Source of the DNA: Camelus dromedarius | Taxonomy: Eukaryota | Direction: 5' to 3' | Length of the DNA stretch: 64,000 bases | Assembly: GCF_036321535.1 (NCBI RefSeq) | Contig: NC_087437.1 | Span: 78,308,001 to 78,372,000, forward strand | Part shown: positions 25,260 to 38,615 of the stretch, one piece after another | Numbering within the stretch: the first letter of the stretch is position 1 | Layout of the letters: each line of letters opens with the position of its first letter | Translations under genes and position numbers: made by a program | The notes under the pieces: generated by a model | Databases searched by the model: none | Seen by the model: only the letters and a program-made list of their open reading frames with translations | What the model was told of the DNA's origin: nothing

Positions 25260-25512
25260 ATCATGTTAAAAGAAGTAAATTGTAATAGTCATAATTTTAT
25301 ATTGTTTGATCTATTATATATAATAGATCAAAAATATTATTTCAACAAATAATCAAGATAAATGATTATTATTGATTTTGACTTTTTTTATACTAAGTCT
25401 GGGAAATCAGTTGTGGCCTTTACACTTAACTACACACAGCTATTTGGTCTGGCCACATCTCAGATCCCTTGGAGCCACCCGTAGGCAGTGACCACCATGT
25501 GGGCCAGGGCAG
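25260..25512. mobile_element. MER33/MER3-like hAT-Charlie non-autonomous element (partial)
   Basis: TTTTTATACTAAGTCT..TTTACACTTA..GCCACAT..GTGACCACCATGTGGGCCAGGGCAG terminal region. Confidence 0.6.
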
Positions 25513-28500
25513 CCAGCTCTAGAGCTTCCTATATTTGCTTGTAACTTAATAATCTTCCAGTCACAGATATTTTACCTGTTATATAGGGGGATTTTTTTTT
25601 CTAACTTCCTAAATATGTTTGATCATTTGGAGAAACATTTTTCAGGTCACTTTTTCAGAACTTGATTTTCTCTGCTTCATTTATTATAATAAAAACCTGT
25701 GGTGGACTTTTTATCAAATGTATATTCAATTGTTGAACAACTTAAGGGCCAAGTCACAAGACAAATACATCAGACGATGCATATTCAGGGTTTAATCTTA
25801 GGATAGTCTGATTTGAAACATATTCCAGAAATATACTATGCTCATAAGCTGAAATCATTTATATTACTTAATGCCCTGAGCATTAACTTACTAAGACAGT
25901 CTAATATCTTGGAAGGGGTAATAATATGGCCAATAAAGTATTTATAGAACAGCTCAATTTGAGGAATTACTTTATCAATTTTTTAAATCTTTTCTGCATC
26001 ATAGAGTATTTACCTATTACATGGAGATAATGTAGTACCTGCTTCATAGCAACATTGCAATAATTAATTAGCTAATACCTAGAGCCCCTTAGAACTATGC
26101 CTGGTACCTAAATAAGCCTTCAGTAAATGTTAGCTACCGTTATTATTACAATTATTGTTTTATCAGAATTTTTTTTCCTAAAGGGAAAATGACTGTGGAA
26201 ATCCAACTATTCTGAGTCATACTGTAGCTGTTATTAATAGTATTACCATTTTGAATATTGAGTATTGCAGGCATAATTTGTGTAAAAAAAAGACTGTATA
26301 GAAGCATATATATAAGTTCATATATACTGAAGTATATAAAAAAGGTATGAAATCATACCTTTTTTCTCTATCAGAAAAATATAAGGTGAAATGATAAGGT
26401 AGCAAAAAGTAAATAATTCACAGTTTTCGATCTTTTTCCAGTTCCCTGTAAAGGAAAACATTTTCAACATTCTGATCCCAGTTTAATTTTTATTTTAATA
26501 CACTATAACTCCCCTGTCAAACTTGAATATATTTGGGTAATTTCAACTACTTACCTACCCTGGGCAGGTCTGTCAGAGAATGCTTATATTCTGGCAACTT
26601 TTCAGAAAAAAAATTCATGGCTGATCATTGAGTTGATGTTATAATGGAATTTATCTAGTTAGGTTCATAGATCACGTGTGATTTTATGTGTTCATAAATA
26701 TCAGTGTGTCTTGTAAGGCAGTGGTGAATAGAGGGCAGAGGGAGTGGTATAACTGCCAAGTGTATGAACTGTAGATTATCAGCACTCACCAGAAAAGTAG
26801 TAACTTTTCTTAAAAGGCGGTAAAGACCTAGACCTTGACACATCGTTTGATAGAATAGTTCAGCGATTTGTTGGCCTCACATTTTTTTACTATTTCTGAT
26901 TGCATAGTTAGTGGATAGGATAAAAGTTGGCAAGCTGGGAAAATGGAGCTTTTATGGTGTGCAGGAGACAGGATTTAATGCCACTGCAAGTAAATGGATA
27001 GTTGCTCTTGTGCAGTTTACGTACCACAAAGAAAGCAATCATTCTGACACTGGGTGGAAGATAGCTTAAACTGGGAAGTTACTCAGAGCATCCATTATTC
27101 AATATTTTGGAGGATGCATTCTTTTGTCCAAACCCATCACTCTTCTTGTAATTATTCCAAATGCTGTACAAACGTCTCCTAGAATCAACCCACTGTGAAG
27201 CATTGCATTGAACAGATAAGAAGAGCAGAATTCCCTGGAGTTTGGAGGATTCTCCAAGGGTGCCCACTGGCTCCTCACCAAGAGTTTTAAGCTAAAAGGT
27301 TCTGAAGTAGGATTTTCTCCTTGTCAAGATTTCTCTTGTGGTAATACTTTGAGCACTTTTTCATTCCCTTCACCTCACTTTTCCCCCTAGTCCACACTGC
27401 AGGACAGTATTCACTTTTTTCTGGCTCTAAATGGGAAAGTGTTAGGTTGCAGTAAACACACCTGAGGCTGAAATAGGAAGGAGGATCTGACACTTAAAAA
27501 AGATCAAATCAAACAAACCTTACTTCCTGTAAGTCAGCTGTCAAGATTGTAAACATCATGTATGAATAAAGGTAGTATAGAGAATGTCCAAATGTGGGGT
27601 TTTCCCCCTAATTTAACAAGGATACTGAATGGCTAATATATGATTTAGTAATTTGAGCTAATAGGTCACAACAGTTTGTTGAAAGACATACTTCCTCTTT
27701 TGCCTACTCACCCCACAGTCAAGAGTAATGGTTCACTGTATATTTTTATTGTTAAGAAGAGACCTAATTATTGCTATTGACTGACAGACTGTCTTATGAG
27801 AGAATCTACACCACTTAAAAATTAATCATGTAGCCTGCATATCAGCATGTTTACTAGTTTATAATCAATTTGATTTTGCAGCAGTGCCAAGTAATAATAT
27901 AAAATGTTTTTCTACAGAGGATCCAGATGTACAGAGGGCACCAAAAATGTATTGTCAGCTTGAACCAGATGTACTAAAGAAAGTCATTTGCAGAACTGGG
28001 AGTAGACTGATACCCAGGGGGTCTGACACCAACTCACATTTCTCCCCAAGAACCTTTGTTTCATTTCACAGAGTCACCCCACATTTTTTGTAAGTTAAAA
28101 TAAATCAAATAAAGCATCAAATTATGTTACAGAGTAGAGTTTGAGTAGACCTCCTACCAAAAAGATAAAAAGGAAAGGAAAGGAAGGCAAAGGAAAGCAA
28201 AGCAAAGAAAAAAGAAACTAAGCAAACAGAAATAAAACATTTGGCAACTGCCCAAGCTAAATCATCTTACACCATGCACCAGAGACAGTGAACTGCTAGA
28301 GGAAGATAGGAGGGTATGAAGTTTTAATAGTCAAGAGATTTAAATACGTTATTCTCTCCATTATCTGAGATGATGGCATGTGGGAAAGAGAAGTTTATGT
28401 AATGGGTCTCACAAATGATTAAAATCTCCTTTGGCAAAATACAGTGTGACACAGGCTATGGATTTGATTACCTTTTGGTTTCTGTTTATTGTTTGTTTGG

Positions 28501-30024
28501 CTGATTTTGCTTCAGGACAGGATTTCACCTTGCTTTTGTTACTGGTTTCTAAATGATGGGTTGAGGATCTCGAAAATCCTATGAATAATTCCCCACATTA
28601 AATGGGTCTCTGAGGGAACCCAGGGAAGACTTTTGAATATCTGAGAACAAATAAGAGCCCATTATAAAGAAGAACCCGCTGTTCTTAGCCAATGAACTGA
28701 GTTCCAGGATTCTGGAAATACAGTGGAAGTTCCTCTGTTTCTGTAGCTTTGAACTACTCTAAAAAAAGGTGTGAGGCATTGGATTCTGACCCTCAAAACA
28801 ATGGCATAATAATCTTCCTAGAATGAGTGTGGTGAGCTCTTTCTAATCATATGTAAAGATAAGTCTGAATTCTTTATTAATGCATTGAAACCACCAGTGA
28901 AAAAATAATTTATCTGTATTTCCCCATATGTAAAATTTTAGGAAGGAAAATTCATTTCAAACTAATTGACATTTACCTGTAACTGTTGTATCCCTGTGTG
29001 GTCAAATCCTTACATTCCTCCATTTTACTTTGGGACCTCTTAAATTAGATGACTTCTGGAAAATATTATTGTTCAATACTTGTTTTTAGCTAAAAGCTAA
29101 GAGTCTTATTTTTTAAAAGCTGATACGTCATGTGCTGTATTCATAGAAAGTCAAATGTTCTGTGTAGTAGGGAAAGTGAGTAAATATACTCTAAATATGC
29201 AGAATATAATCCTGAGCTTGAGACTGTCTGGGACAAGCTACTGTAGGTTAAAAGTCAGTTCAGGGCTGGGAGCATATCATTTTTATATTGTCTCTTAAAA
29301 CCATCTCAGTAGCTAGCATGTCATTGGGAATCTATATAAGGTTGCTTACTTGCAATAATAAGATCAACAATAAAACACTTCTTGTGGTGTTGGAACGTCA
29401 GACCAAGGAGCAAAGAGCAGTATTGAGTGATGTGGAGCAGACAACAGTTTAAAATATAGTCAGTGAGAATTGGAATCTGCATCTGTGAAGTCTCGAGGCT
29501 GCTAGTGGATCTCTGCCTCTGGGTTAAGATTCAGGAGGTGAAATCCAGTCCAGAGTAGAGATGGATTTGCTAATAAGAGAAAAACAATTTTTGTCCTAAA
29601 AGTTTGAGGCTGGTTAACAAAATGGAGAGATGAAGAAGATGCCTCGTTATCACCTTCAGAGACCAAAACTCAACCTGAATTCCCGGCAAGGCTGCTGGAG
29701 GTGGAGATCACAGAGTTGAGCCAGGGAGCTCTTTATTGCTCCTTGCCATGGTTTACCCTCCGCAAGGGGGGTGTAGGGCACAAACACAGAACTGGGAGAA
29801 GAAGCCTCGCAGTACTTCTTTCTCTGTTGTCTTCAATGATGTGGAACTCTCTCCTACAGTTTAAATAATTCTTCCAAACATACAGACAATGCTTATGTCT
29901 CTGTTACAGAGTGTGATGTCAAAAGCATTTCACAATTGTGTCTGATAGAACGTAAGCCATTCTCATAAATGTCCAATATCTCAGAATTAAAAAGTATGAA
30001 AGTTTATGCTGTAAAACCAACCTT

Positions 30025-30670
30025 CTAACAGCTTTCAAATATGCAATACAGTGTTACGAACTATGAGTGGTGACGGACATTTAAGGATACTTATTGTGAA
30101 GATCATTTCTCAAATACAGATGACTTCTGGCTTCCAATGGTTCGACTTAAAATTTTTTGACTTTAAGATGGTAAAGAAAGCAATACACATGCAGTAGCAA
30201 CCACACAATGAATTTGGAATTTTGATCTTTTCTCAGGCTAGTGAGCGAGCTGCAGCCCCCGGTAGTCACATGATTAATCATGAGAGTAAACAACCAATGT
30301 ACTTATAATCGTTCTGTACCCAGACAACCGTTCAGTGTTTCACTTTCAGTACAGTAGTCAATAAATTACATGGGGTGCTCAATACTTTATTATAAAATAG
30401 GCTTTGTGTTAGATGAGTTTGCCCAACTGTAGGCTAGTGTAGGTGTGCTAAGCATGTTTAAGTTAGGCTAGGGTAAGCTGTGGTGTTTGGTAGGTTAAGT
30501 ATATTATTAAATGTATTTTCGACTTATATTTTCAATTTGCAATGGGTTTTTCACGACATAACCCCATCACAAGTCAAGGAAGATCTATATATACAAATAT
30601 TGAATCATTATAGTGTACACCTAAAATGAATATCATGTTCTACATCAATTATATCTCAATTAAAAAGGAA
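30025..30670 (+). mobile_element. L1MA9-like 3' end interrupted by a MER47-like element; short inverted 5' piece
   Basis: L1 3' UTR ~30060-30116 resumes at ~30588 to CAATTATATCTCAATTAAAAA; 30025-30064 matches the antisense L1 sequence seen at ~14835-14870. Confidence 0.65.
30117..30587 (-). mobile_element. MER47/Tigger5-derived TcMar DNA element flanked by TA
   Basis: CAGATG start after TA; AATAGGCTTTGTGTTAGATGA..GCCCAACTGTAGGCTA..AGGCTAGG..GACATAACCCCATC MER47 hallmarks; TA at 30115-16 and 30588-89. Confidence 0.8.
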
Positions 30671-30702
30671 ACCCAAAAGAAAACACACTACACAAACTTC
30701 TA

Positions 30703-30799
30703 AATGATATGGAAATCAGGTATCAATTTTCAAAGACATTTTGATGCCTATCTATGTCTGGTCTTGCTCAATGAATGAATTTAGGGTTTTTTATCTGTA
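30703..30799 (+). repeat. 97-bp dispersed direct repeat, copy 1
   Basis: Matches 32095-32190 with 8 substitutions and 1 indel by hand alignment. Confidence 0.95.
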
Positions 30800-30910
30800 A
30801 GATGGAGAACATAACTGCACTTCACAGTGTGGCTGTGAGAATTCAATGTAAATAAAGCACACCTCCCGAGCATCTGTTATAAAACAAGCACTCGATAAAT
30901 ACTCACTGTG
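30785..30910 (+). mobile_element. MIR fragment
   Basis: TTTATCTGTAAGATGGAG..GCTGTGAGAATTCAATG..AAGCACTCGATAAATA. Confidence 0.55.
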
Positions 30911-31774
30911 AATAATCTCAAGGTACTATACATTTTATATTACCTGTAATATTCTGTTTTACAATTCACAATATATTGGTAACGACATTAAAATGAGAGT
31001 TGTGATTTATTTGGAGATCATTCTTATTTTACTAAATGATCTTTCATTGAAGACCTGAAAGGAAGCAGGCCAAATTAATAGAAAATAAGTTCATTACAAG
31101 ACTAGCTTGTTGAACTGTAAAGAGCCTTTCTGAAGATTTAATTTAAGGGTTTAGCTGCCTTGCAGATGTTTAAGGCAGCTCCTTTGCAGAACAGCTGGAT
31201 TTAACATCTCAAGGCTCTCGTGCACCTGGAATTCCCATCTACTCATCAATGGTGGGCTTTTCCTGCAAGGCATCTCCTGTCTTCATTTTTGTGAAACTGT
31301 TTCTGTCCCGCCAGTTTCCTCTCCCTTGTCTCTGCCAGTACTATCTCTACCCTTGTCTTGCGTCTCTCTCTCTCTCTAAACTCCTGCTCCTTCCTTTTCA
31401 GCCCACCCTTCCCCAGCCCCTGTCTGCCTGGGCTTCTGATGGTCATTCAGCTGCAGCAGATTTTCATAAGCTGACCATTCTGCACATCTAGCTTTTGGTG
31501 AACTGACTTTCGTAAAGTGGCAAATTGAGAAATACTTTGAAAATTTCCATGCTAAAGAATCACAGTAGTCCTTTTTTTATTGAAGAGTGTATTTACCTGA
31601 CTCAGTTTTCAACAACTTTTCTATTCACCACAGGTCTCTAATTACTATCAATCTTTTCTTATGTATACAATTCTGGAAGGTTTTTTTCCCTTTTCTTTTT
31701 AGTTCCTTGAGAAATAATTTTCTTGGGACAAGTAACAAACATGATTAGAGAGTCTGTATGCTTTCTTACAGTCT

Positions 31775-31824
31775 TGTGTGCGTGCGTGCATGCGTGTGCA
31801 TGCGTGTGCATGCGTGTGTGTGTG
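31775..31824. repeat. Compound (TG/CG/CA) alternating purine-pyrimidine microsatellite
   Basis: TGTGTGCGTGCG(TGCATGCGTG)3TGTGTGTG. Confidence 0.9.
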
Positions 31825-32094
31825 TTTTAACACGTATTGGGGCATTGATTCTCTCTTGGCAAAGTTAGTTTCTGCCCTTAAAAAAATCTAAAGATCACTT
31901 TTCTGACAGTAAACTACAATAAGGGGTTCTTATTCTCCACTTTTCTCTTCTTCCTTTTCTTCTCCTTCTCTGTCTCTTCTTCCTCCTCTCCCTTCCTGCT
32001 CTGAACAGAAGAACATAACCCCTCTCACTGTTCTTATTTTGTATTAGTCTAAGCTCGTGATGACCTTGATTCTCTGACACTGCCCTTAACACTG

Positions 32095-32190
32095 AATGAT
32101 ATGGAAATCAGGTATCAATTTTCAAAGACATTCTAATGCATATCTATGTCTGGTCTCACTCGATTAATGAATTTAGGGTTTTTAGCTGTA
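32095..32190 (+). repeat. 97-bp dispersed direct repeat, copy 2
   Basis: See 30703-30799. Confidence 0.95.
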
Positions 32191-32499
32191 GTTTATGTTA
32201 AGTAAAAGAATGTCCTTGTTCTTAGACATATGCTGAAATATTTAGAATTGAAAATGCTAAAGATTTCAGTATGTGTATATGTGTGTATGTATGTGTGTTG
32301 AGAGGCACAGCAAGACAGAAAGATGGAGAATAAATGTAGCAAGTGTTTAAAGTTGAAGAGTCATTACGTGTTGAAAAGTACCTAGAGATACTTTTGAAAA
32401 TATTCCTTTATTTCATTGAATAAAATCTTTAAAATCTGAGTTATTTTTAGAGCTGCCTTTGTAGCCATCTCAATCTTTTTTTATAAACTTCTCTTTTAT

Positions 32500-34130
32500 A
32501 AACTTTTCTCATATTTTTCAAACAGATAATATGCATTTGTTTTTTGAGAAAAAATATGGTACCATATGAAAAAAATACCTCAATCTCACCAAAGATAGCG
32601 ACACAATACATTAGCAAATTTTCTTCCATCTGTTTATACACATATGTTATATGCATCATATGTATATATTATACACAGGTTTTCTTTTTAAAATAGAAAG
32701 GAGCTTGTACTGATTTGTAACCTTTTTAATTCTTCTTTTATATTGCAACGTTTTTCACACATTAAATATAATTACACTACATATATTTTAATGGCCACAT
32801 GATATTTTCCTGGAGGCACCATAATTCCATTAACCAAGTCTTTACTTTTGCCACTTAGGCTATTTTTAACTTGTCATAATTATAAACAATGCTACCATGA
32901 ATTTCTTTGTGCTTGCCTCTTAAGGTATTCGTAATTCCTTGCAATTAATTCTTTAGATGGAACTTCCACGCTCATGTGTAAACTGAAAAAAAGGTGCAGT
33001 ACTAAAACCTTATACAAGGATTTGCCATGTTTTCTTCCAGAAAGATTTTATGGGTGTAACAATTTCACTGAATCTCTTTAATAGTGGGTATTATAATGGC
33101 ATTAACTGCTGCTTTGTTTTTTATTACTGGTGAAATTGAATTTTTCTATATTAAATGAGAAATAATATTGATTTTCAAATTAAATTTCTATTCATTTCCA
33201 TAGGCTAGTTTTCTTTCCGGATGTTTATCTTTTCAGATTGATTAGTAAGGGCTTTAAATATCTTTAAGTTGTCTTTGGTATGCCCTTTGTTTTTCTTTTT
33301 TTTTTTTTTTTTTAATTTTATGTGTGATGATTTAAATTTTAGTGTAGTAAAATATATCAATATTTTCTCTTTGATTACATATTTTCTTTCTTCTACCGGT
33401 TTCATAAATCAGTTTTCCAAACACTTCTGAATATTTTATACTTATAGAAAAACTGAAAAAACAGTACAAGGAACACTTAAACATCTTTCACCTAGACTCT
33501 TCAATTTTAAACATTTGCTACATTTATTCTCCATCTTTCCGTCTTCCCGTGCCTCTCAACACACATACACACACACATATACACATACTGAAGTTTTTAG
33601 TATTTTCAATTCTAAATATTTCAGTATATAACTAAGAACAAGGATATTCTTTTACATATAATACCATTATTGTAGCCAAGAGTTGAACAATGATAAAGCA
33701 ATATAAACGATATTTAGTTTATATTCCAATTACTTTATTTATCCCACAAATTTTCTTTATGCTTAAAATTTTTTTTTTTTAATTTTCTATCCATGAGATA
33801 ATCAAGGGTCATATGTTACATTGGGTTGTGATATCTTTTCACTCCTTTTTGTTCTTAGACTGTAACCCCTAAGTGTGCAGTTTGGATTCAGTTCTCACTA
33901 GTTTCTGTTTACTTTTTCTCTTCGTATGTGCATTTTTCCCACTTTAAATTCTATTTTATTTGTAACGTATATAAAATATTTACATGTTTTTAAAAGTCAA
34001 AACTCTAAGTGTTTTCTTAGTGCCCTCATTCCCAGACCTATTCGTTCTCCCCTTTTTCCACTTTCCCCATTGATGGAACATTTTCAGCAGTTTCTGGTTT
34101 ATCCTTCATGAATTTCTTTTTGCAAACCGG
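32500..34130 (-). mobile_element. Cluster of old antisense L1MC/L1ME fragments
   Basis: Diverged 3' UTR motifs (CTTATAGAAAAACTGAAAAAACAGTACAAGGAACAC..CACCTAGA; AAGAACAAGGATATTCT); boundaries approximate. Confidence 0.5.
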
Positions 34131-35800
34131 AGGGTGCAGGTGACCACACACACACACACACACTCACCTGAGCCTCACCCAAGACTAGCTAAATTGGAAC
34201 TTCTGGAGAAGGGGTCCATGAATCCTCTTTTTTTTTTTTTTTTTTTTTTTCAATTGTCTCAGATTATTCTCATTGGCAGCTAAGGCAGAAAAAAATTATT
34301 TTAAAGATTTTCAGATCTGCCCTTTACTATAAAGCCTGGTACCCACTGCTCCCTTCTTCGTAAGCTTCCCACAGCTTCCACTTCAGCAAATGTTCTCCCT
34401 TCTTGGCAGAATTCCATCCAGGGCAGCAGTTTTCTCGTCTCTTCCGAGCCTCACAATGATGAAACTGTCAAGAAAAGTCAAGAATGTATTCAAGTCAGAA
34501 CTTTCAGTTGACTGAGACAGCCATCTGCGTTGGTTGTGGGTTTCATCAGTGTGCATTTATTAAAGGAAAGAATGTTTGAATAAATGTATGAATGGGTGCA
34601 AACTGAATTAATCAACGAATAAGCAGTTTTCTTTTATGCTTTGTGAATCAATCATGCATTTTCTCCAACTCTCTAAGTAACTTTCTGTAAATGGCTGCAG
34701 TGATGTCACTTCTGCTCATTGAGTCTAATTCCCTCTCCCACAAGATCTTACAAGACATTCTGCTATTAACTGTATGACATTGGACAGTATCACTGAACGC
34801 CAAGCTTCATCTTCTAAGTGGAACATAATGATGATACCATCACAGGACTCTTCTGATTATGTATATAAAATGTATATAAAGTCCTTTACAAATCTTAAGG
34901 TGATACAAACATAAATTAGCTACTGTGATACCATTGAGCAACAAAGGTTGAAGCTGAAATGCCGCATTTACTTCTTTGTATAAAACCATAGCTGCCCGCC
35001 TTCTTTTCCTAATGCTCTGTGAATTGGTAGGTAGAGATCTAAGACCATTGATATTATTTTTTGGTTATCATTAGAATTTTCTTACTTTACATCATAATGT
35101 TCTGATTTGCAGCATTTCAATTGATTTTCTTGGAAATGATTATAATGTTTCAAGCAGAGAATTATAACTTGAAATGATGAACAGCTAATGATGTTATCTT
35201 TTTAAAATCTGTTTTTATGTAAAAGTCCCCCAGTAGAAATAAAGGAGTAGAAAAAATAGCAGAAAATTAAGGATATGCACAAAAATATATTTTGATCTTT
35301 CTGTCATCAGAATCAAAATTAGTAAATGAGGTTAGGTAATAAAAGCATTAGATCAATCAACAAAAATGTTACTATGATATAAACAGTGGCTAAACAAGAG
35401 GAGAATCTGTAGGTCCTCAGACACATCACTTTTTCTTTCTTTCTTTCTTTCTTTTTTTTTTTTTTTTGCTGCTAATTCTCTTTCTCTCAACCAGCCAACC
35501 AGTAGTTCCTTTTCAGAGACGAGATCAAGGCCTGAAGTTTAAGTATGAAGTCTATGCTCCCTTTTTTTGCATTTTGTTTTTCTAAACTATTCAGGGAAGC
35601 TCCTGAAAAGTCAGAGAAATTCACAGCTTATAAAAAATAAGAATTTGAAGTTTATGAAAATACCTGTAAGTAACAGCCTATGTTCACAAGCCAGAAAAAA
35701 AATAATTTTCATTAGTATGACCCTAATGTAAGTTCTACAGATGACCATGATTAGTTCAGATTCTGAGTTGAAAAAAAAAAAAAAAACAAAAACCTCAAGT

Positions 35801-35935
35801 CAAGGCTGACTTCATAGCCATGTGATCTGGCCTTGCAGTCAGAAGAAACTATACTTGGTTTAATTCTCTGCTGTCACTGTACTAAAATTCTTAACGTTTT
35901 TAACAAGGGACCCACAAATTATGTAGCTGGTCTTG
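35801..35935 (+). mobile_element. MER91-like hAT-Tip100 MITE
   Basis: CAAGGCTGACTTCA..CTTGGTTTAATTCTCTGCTGTC..AAATTCTTAA..CCCACAAATTATGTAGCTGGTCTTG; ends CAAG..CTTG. Confidence 0.65.
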
Positions 35936-36409
35936 TCCAAAATCAATTATTCAGACACCTTTTTAAGCAAGGCAAAGTGAAGATTAAGGAATCAATGCAA
36001 TGCAAATGCCAGCATCAGTGAGGGATGAAAAATCTACAGAGCACCAATAGATGCAAAACAGCCAAAAAACTCATTAGTAAGCACATAGGACCATCCCCAC
36101 TCACAGATGTTTCCTCACTCCACAAATTCACAAGGTGCTGTAAAGGAGTTGCTCCCTCTTCATGACGCCTGCCGAGACGAAGGCAGCTGGCCAAAGGGAC
36201 TCCAAACTTGAGAATTCCATGTTCACTTAGTTGAGATTTAAATGAGAAAGGGAGAGACAAAGAGAGAGAGAGAGTAAGAATGGCCTCACTTCCCCATAAA
36301 TATTCAACAGTGATCATGGAAAAATGACATAGTTGTGTCATCACAAAAAAGCTCACTTTAAGATAAAGTAACTCTCAGGATAACAATTGGTTTCGTTGCA
36401 TGAGAGTGC

Positions 36410-36600
36410 AGTAATAGCTAATGTGGGGAGGTCTTCCTCCCTGCGCCAGGCGTTAAGTGCTGTGTATGTATTAACTCATTTAATCCTCACAAAATCGTCT
36501 CATGTAGACACTAGTTATTATTCCCTAGTTTAGAGAAAAAGGAGGTAAGGCACAGAAAGGTGAAAGAACCTGGCAAAACCACGGTCAGTGTCAGAAGCAG
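36410..36600 (-). mobile_element. MIR fragment
   Basis: GCCAGGC..TAAGTGCT..ATTAACTCATTTAATCCTCACAA..AGGCACAGAAAGGT. Confidence 0.65.
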
Positions 36601-38199
36601 GTTTCTACCCTGAGGACTGATGACAGCCAGGCTTTGAGCAGAGCCCTCTTTATCTCCTCTCTAGCAAAAGCAAGCTTTGGCCGGAAAATCATGAAACTTT
36701 TGTCTTGAGATCCAGGGAGCTAATTCAACATTTTCAAGTAATAAATATCAAACCCTTGATTTCTGGGTATTGTGTCTTTAAAAAGACTTTTTTGGGAGAA
36801 AATATCTTGTCTTGGAACAAACATGGATTTTGATTTGTTTTATTAGGCCCAGCCCAGGAAACATACTTTTCGAGATGGGGACAGTCGTCACCTAATGGTT
36901 TTCACAGATTCCTTTTTTTCAGCTCACTAGTCTCCAGATTGAGGAAAAACATGCATGGCAAAGGTGATAATATTAGCTTAGACTTTTAGGCTGCCTTGGC
37001 CTCTCTCCTCTGCCAATAAACAGACTTTCGTCTCTGGGGCTGTCAGACGAGCAGCTTCACAGATGCTAAACTTCCTGCAAATTAAGCACACGTAGGAAAA
37101 AAAATTACAGTAACAGCAAATGCCACCCTGCTAATGGTTTCAGTAGGGACATTAGTGAATTAAATGGGTGTGGGAAACTAAATCTCTGAATTTTGCTTTT
37201 ATCCACGTTTATCATTTATTTAGCTTTCATATGCACCACGGTGGACTTTTCCTTTAAATCAGCTGAGAAGATGGTTCTTTGTTTTCTTCTTGAGAATGAC
37301 AGACCGTGTGGGTGTCTGGTTGGCAACTCAGAGCTGACCTCTGCCCCAGCCAACTTCTGCAATTAGGTGATGGATAATTCAGCATATTTTTATACCTGTC
37401 AAGCTGGCTTTATACCAACATCTGCCTTGACAATTCAGAGAGAGATCAGTGCATGTTTTCTCGGGTGCATGTGCAAATGGGAAATTTAAGTGGTACAGGT
37501 TAATTGTGCAACTTAGCGGCCAGGTGTAACCGGCTTCTCTATGCACCCATCACCGCCACTTCCTCTGGCTGGTGGGCTTGTTTTATTCTTTCTTTGTTCC
37601 TTGTCAGTTGATGTACAGCACCATCTCTAATTGTAGAAATTGATTCATCTGTAGCAGGTGAGTGAGAACACCTAATAATGGGCAAAATAATTAAAATGGG
37701 GTATCTGAGGTGAAAACTGTGGCTCTGTCAGCTGTGTCTGGTAAAGCGTCTAATCGGAAATTTCTTGTTTCTTTGAAGCCTTACACTCCCTAAAAAAAAA
37801 AAAAAAAATACTGTGTTCATCTCATGTGTTTCCAACATTTGAAATAAGTCTGAAAACACCCTTGTAAGCAAAACAGTGTGATATTGAAAATCAATATATT
37901 TCTCTTTGTCCAAAATTCTTCTAGAAAGTTGCTTGAAACTAGTAGGTTCACCATTGTAAGTTGTGTCATTGAATTTTTGGTATGATATATGCTGTTTTGA
38001 GTTTTTAATGGAGGTGAAATGAAATATTAACACAGCTTGATGTGAGGTATCTGGAAGCCCAAGTGACATTTTAGTTCTCCTGTACCTCATTAATAATGCG
38101 TGCTCACCATTTTTATTTTGTTTTTTGTGGGAGGTTCAGTTAGATAATACTTTAGGGTTTTTTCCAGTTGTAGAATTCCATGACAAACTGGTCAGTCAA

Positions 38200-38378
38200 T
38201 GAAGCAATGGGTAATGCGAATCACATAAAAATGCTTGTTAAAAATGTAGACTTCACGCTGCTCCTCCAGATAGTCTGTTTTAAAAGGTTTATGGAATAGC
38301 CACGATATCTGCATTTTCATATGTATCCAGGAACTACTAATTCAGGTCCTCTGCAAATCTCATTTTGAGAAACATTGC
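38200..38378. mobile_element. MER5A-like hAT-Charlie element
   Basis: GCTTGTTAAAAATGTAGA..ATCTGCATTTT..TTTGAGAAACATTG. Confidence 0.6.
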
Positions 38379-38615
38379 CACAAAGTTATTTAAGATGCCT
38401 ATGACTTTTCCTTAGTCTTTTATTGCTCCTTAGTATTGTCATAAGCGACTAAGTCTTGTGAAGCATCAAGAAATTTGAGAGCCCAGCAGTTGGCACTGGA
38501 TCTAGAAACATGCCTAATAGCTGGAGGACGCTACTGAGAGGTTACAACTAGGTCTGAGTGGGCGGATGTTCACAGACAAAACTGTGTAAATGGAAGCAGC
38601 AGAAATAAAGTGCTA

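Noticed and set aside
29608..29868. Stop-free, GC-richer frame (DEEDASLSPSETKTQPEF..)
   Set aside because: No start codon near its 5' end, no clear splice sites and no recognisable homology; a length like this is expected by chance.
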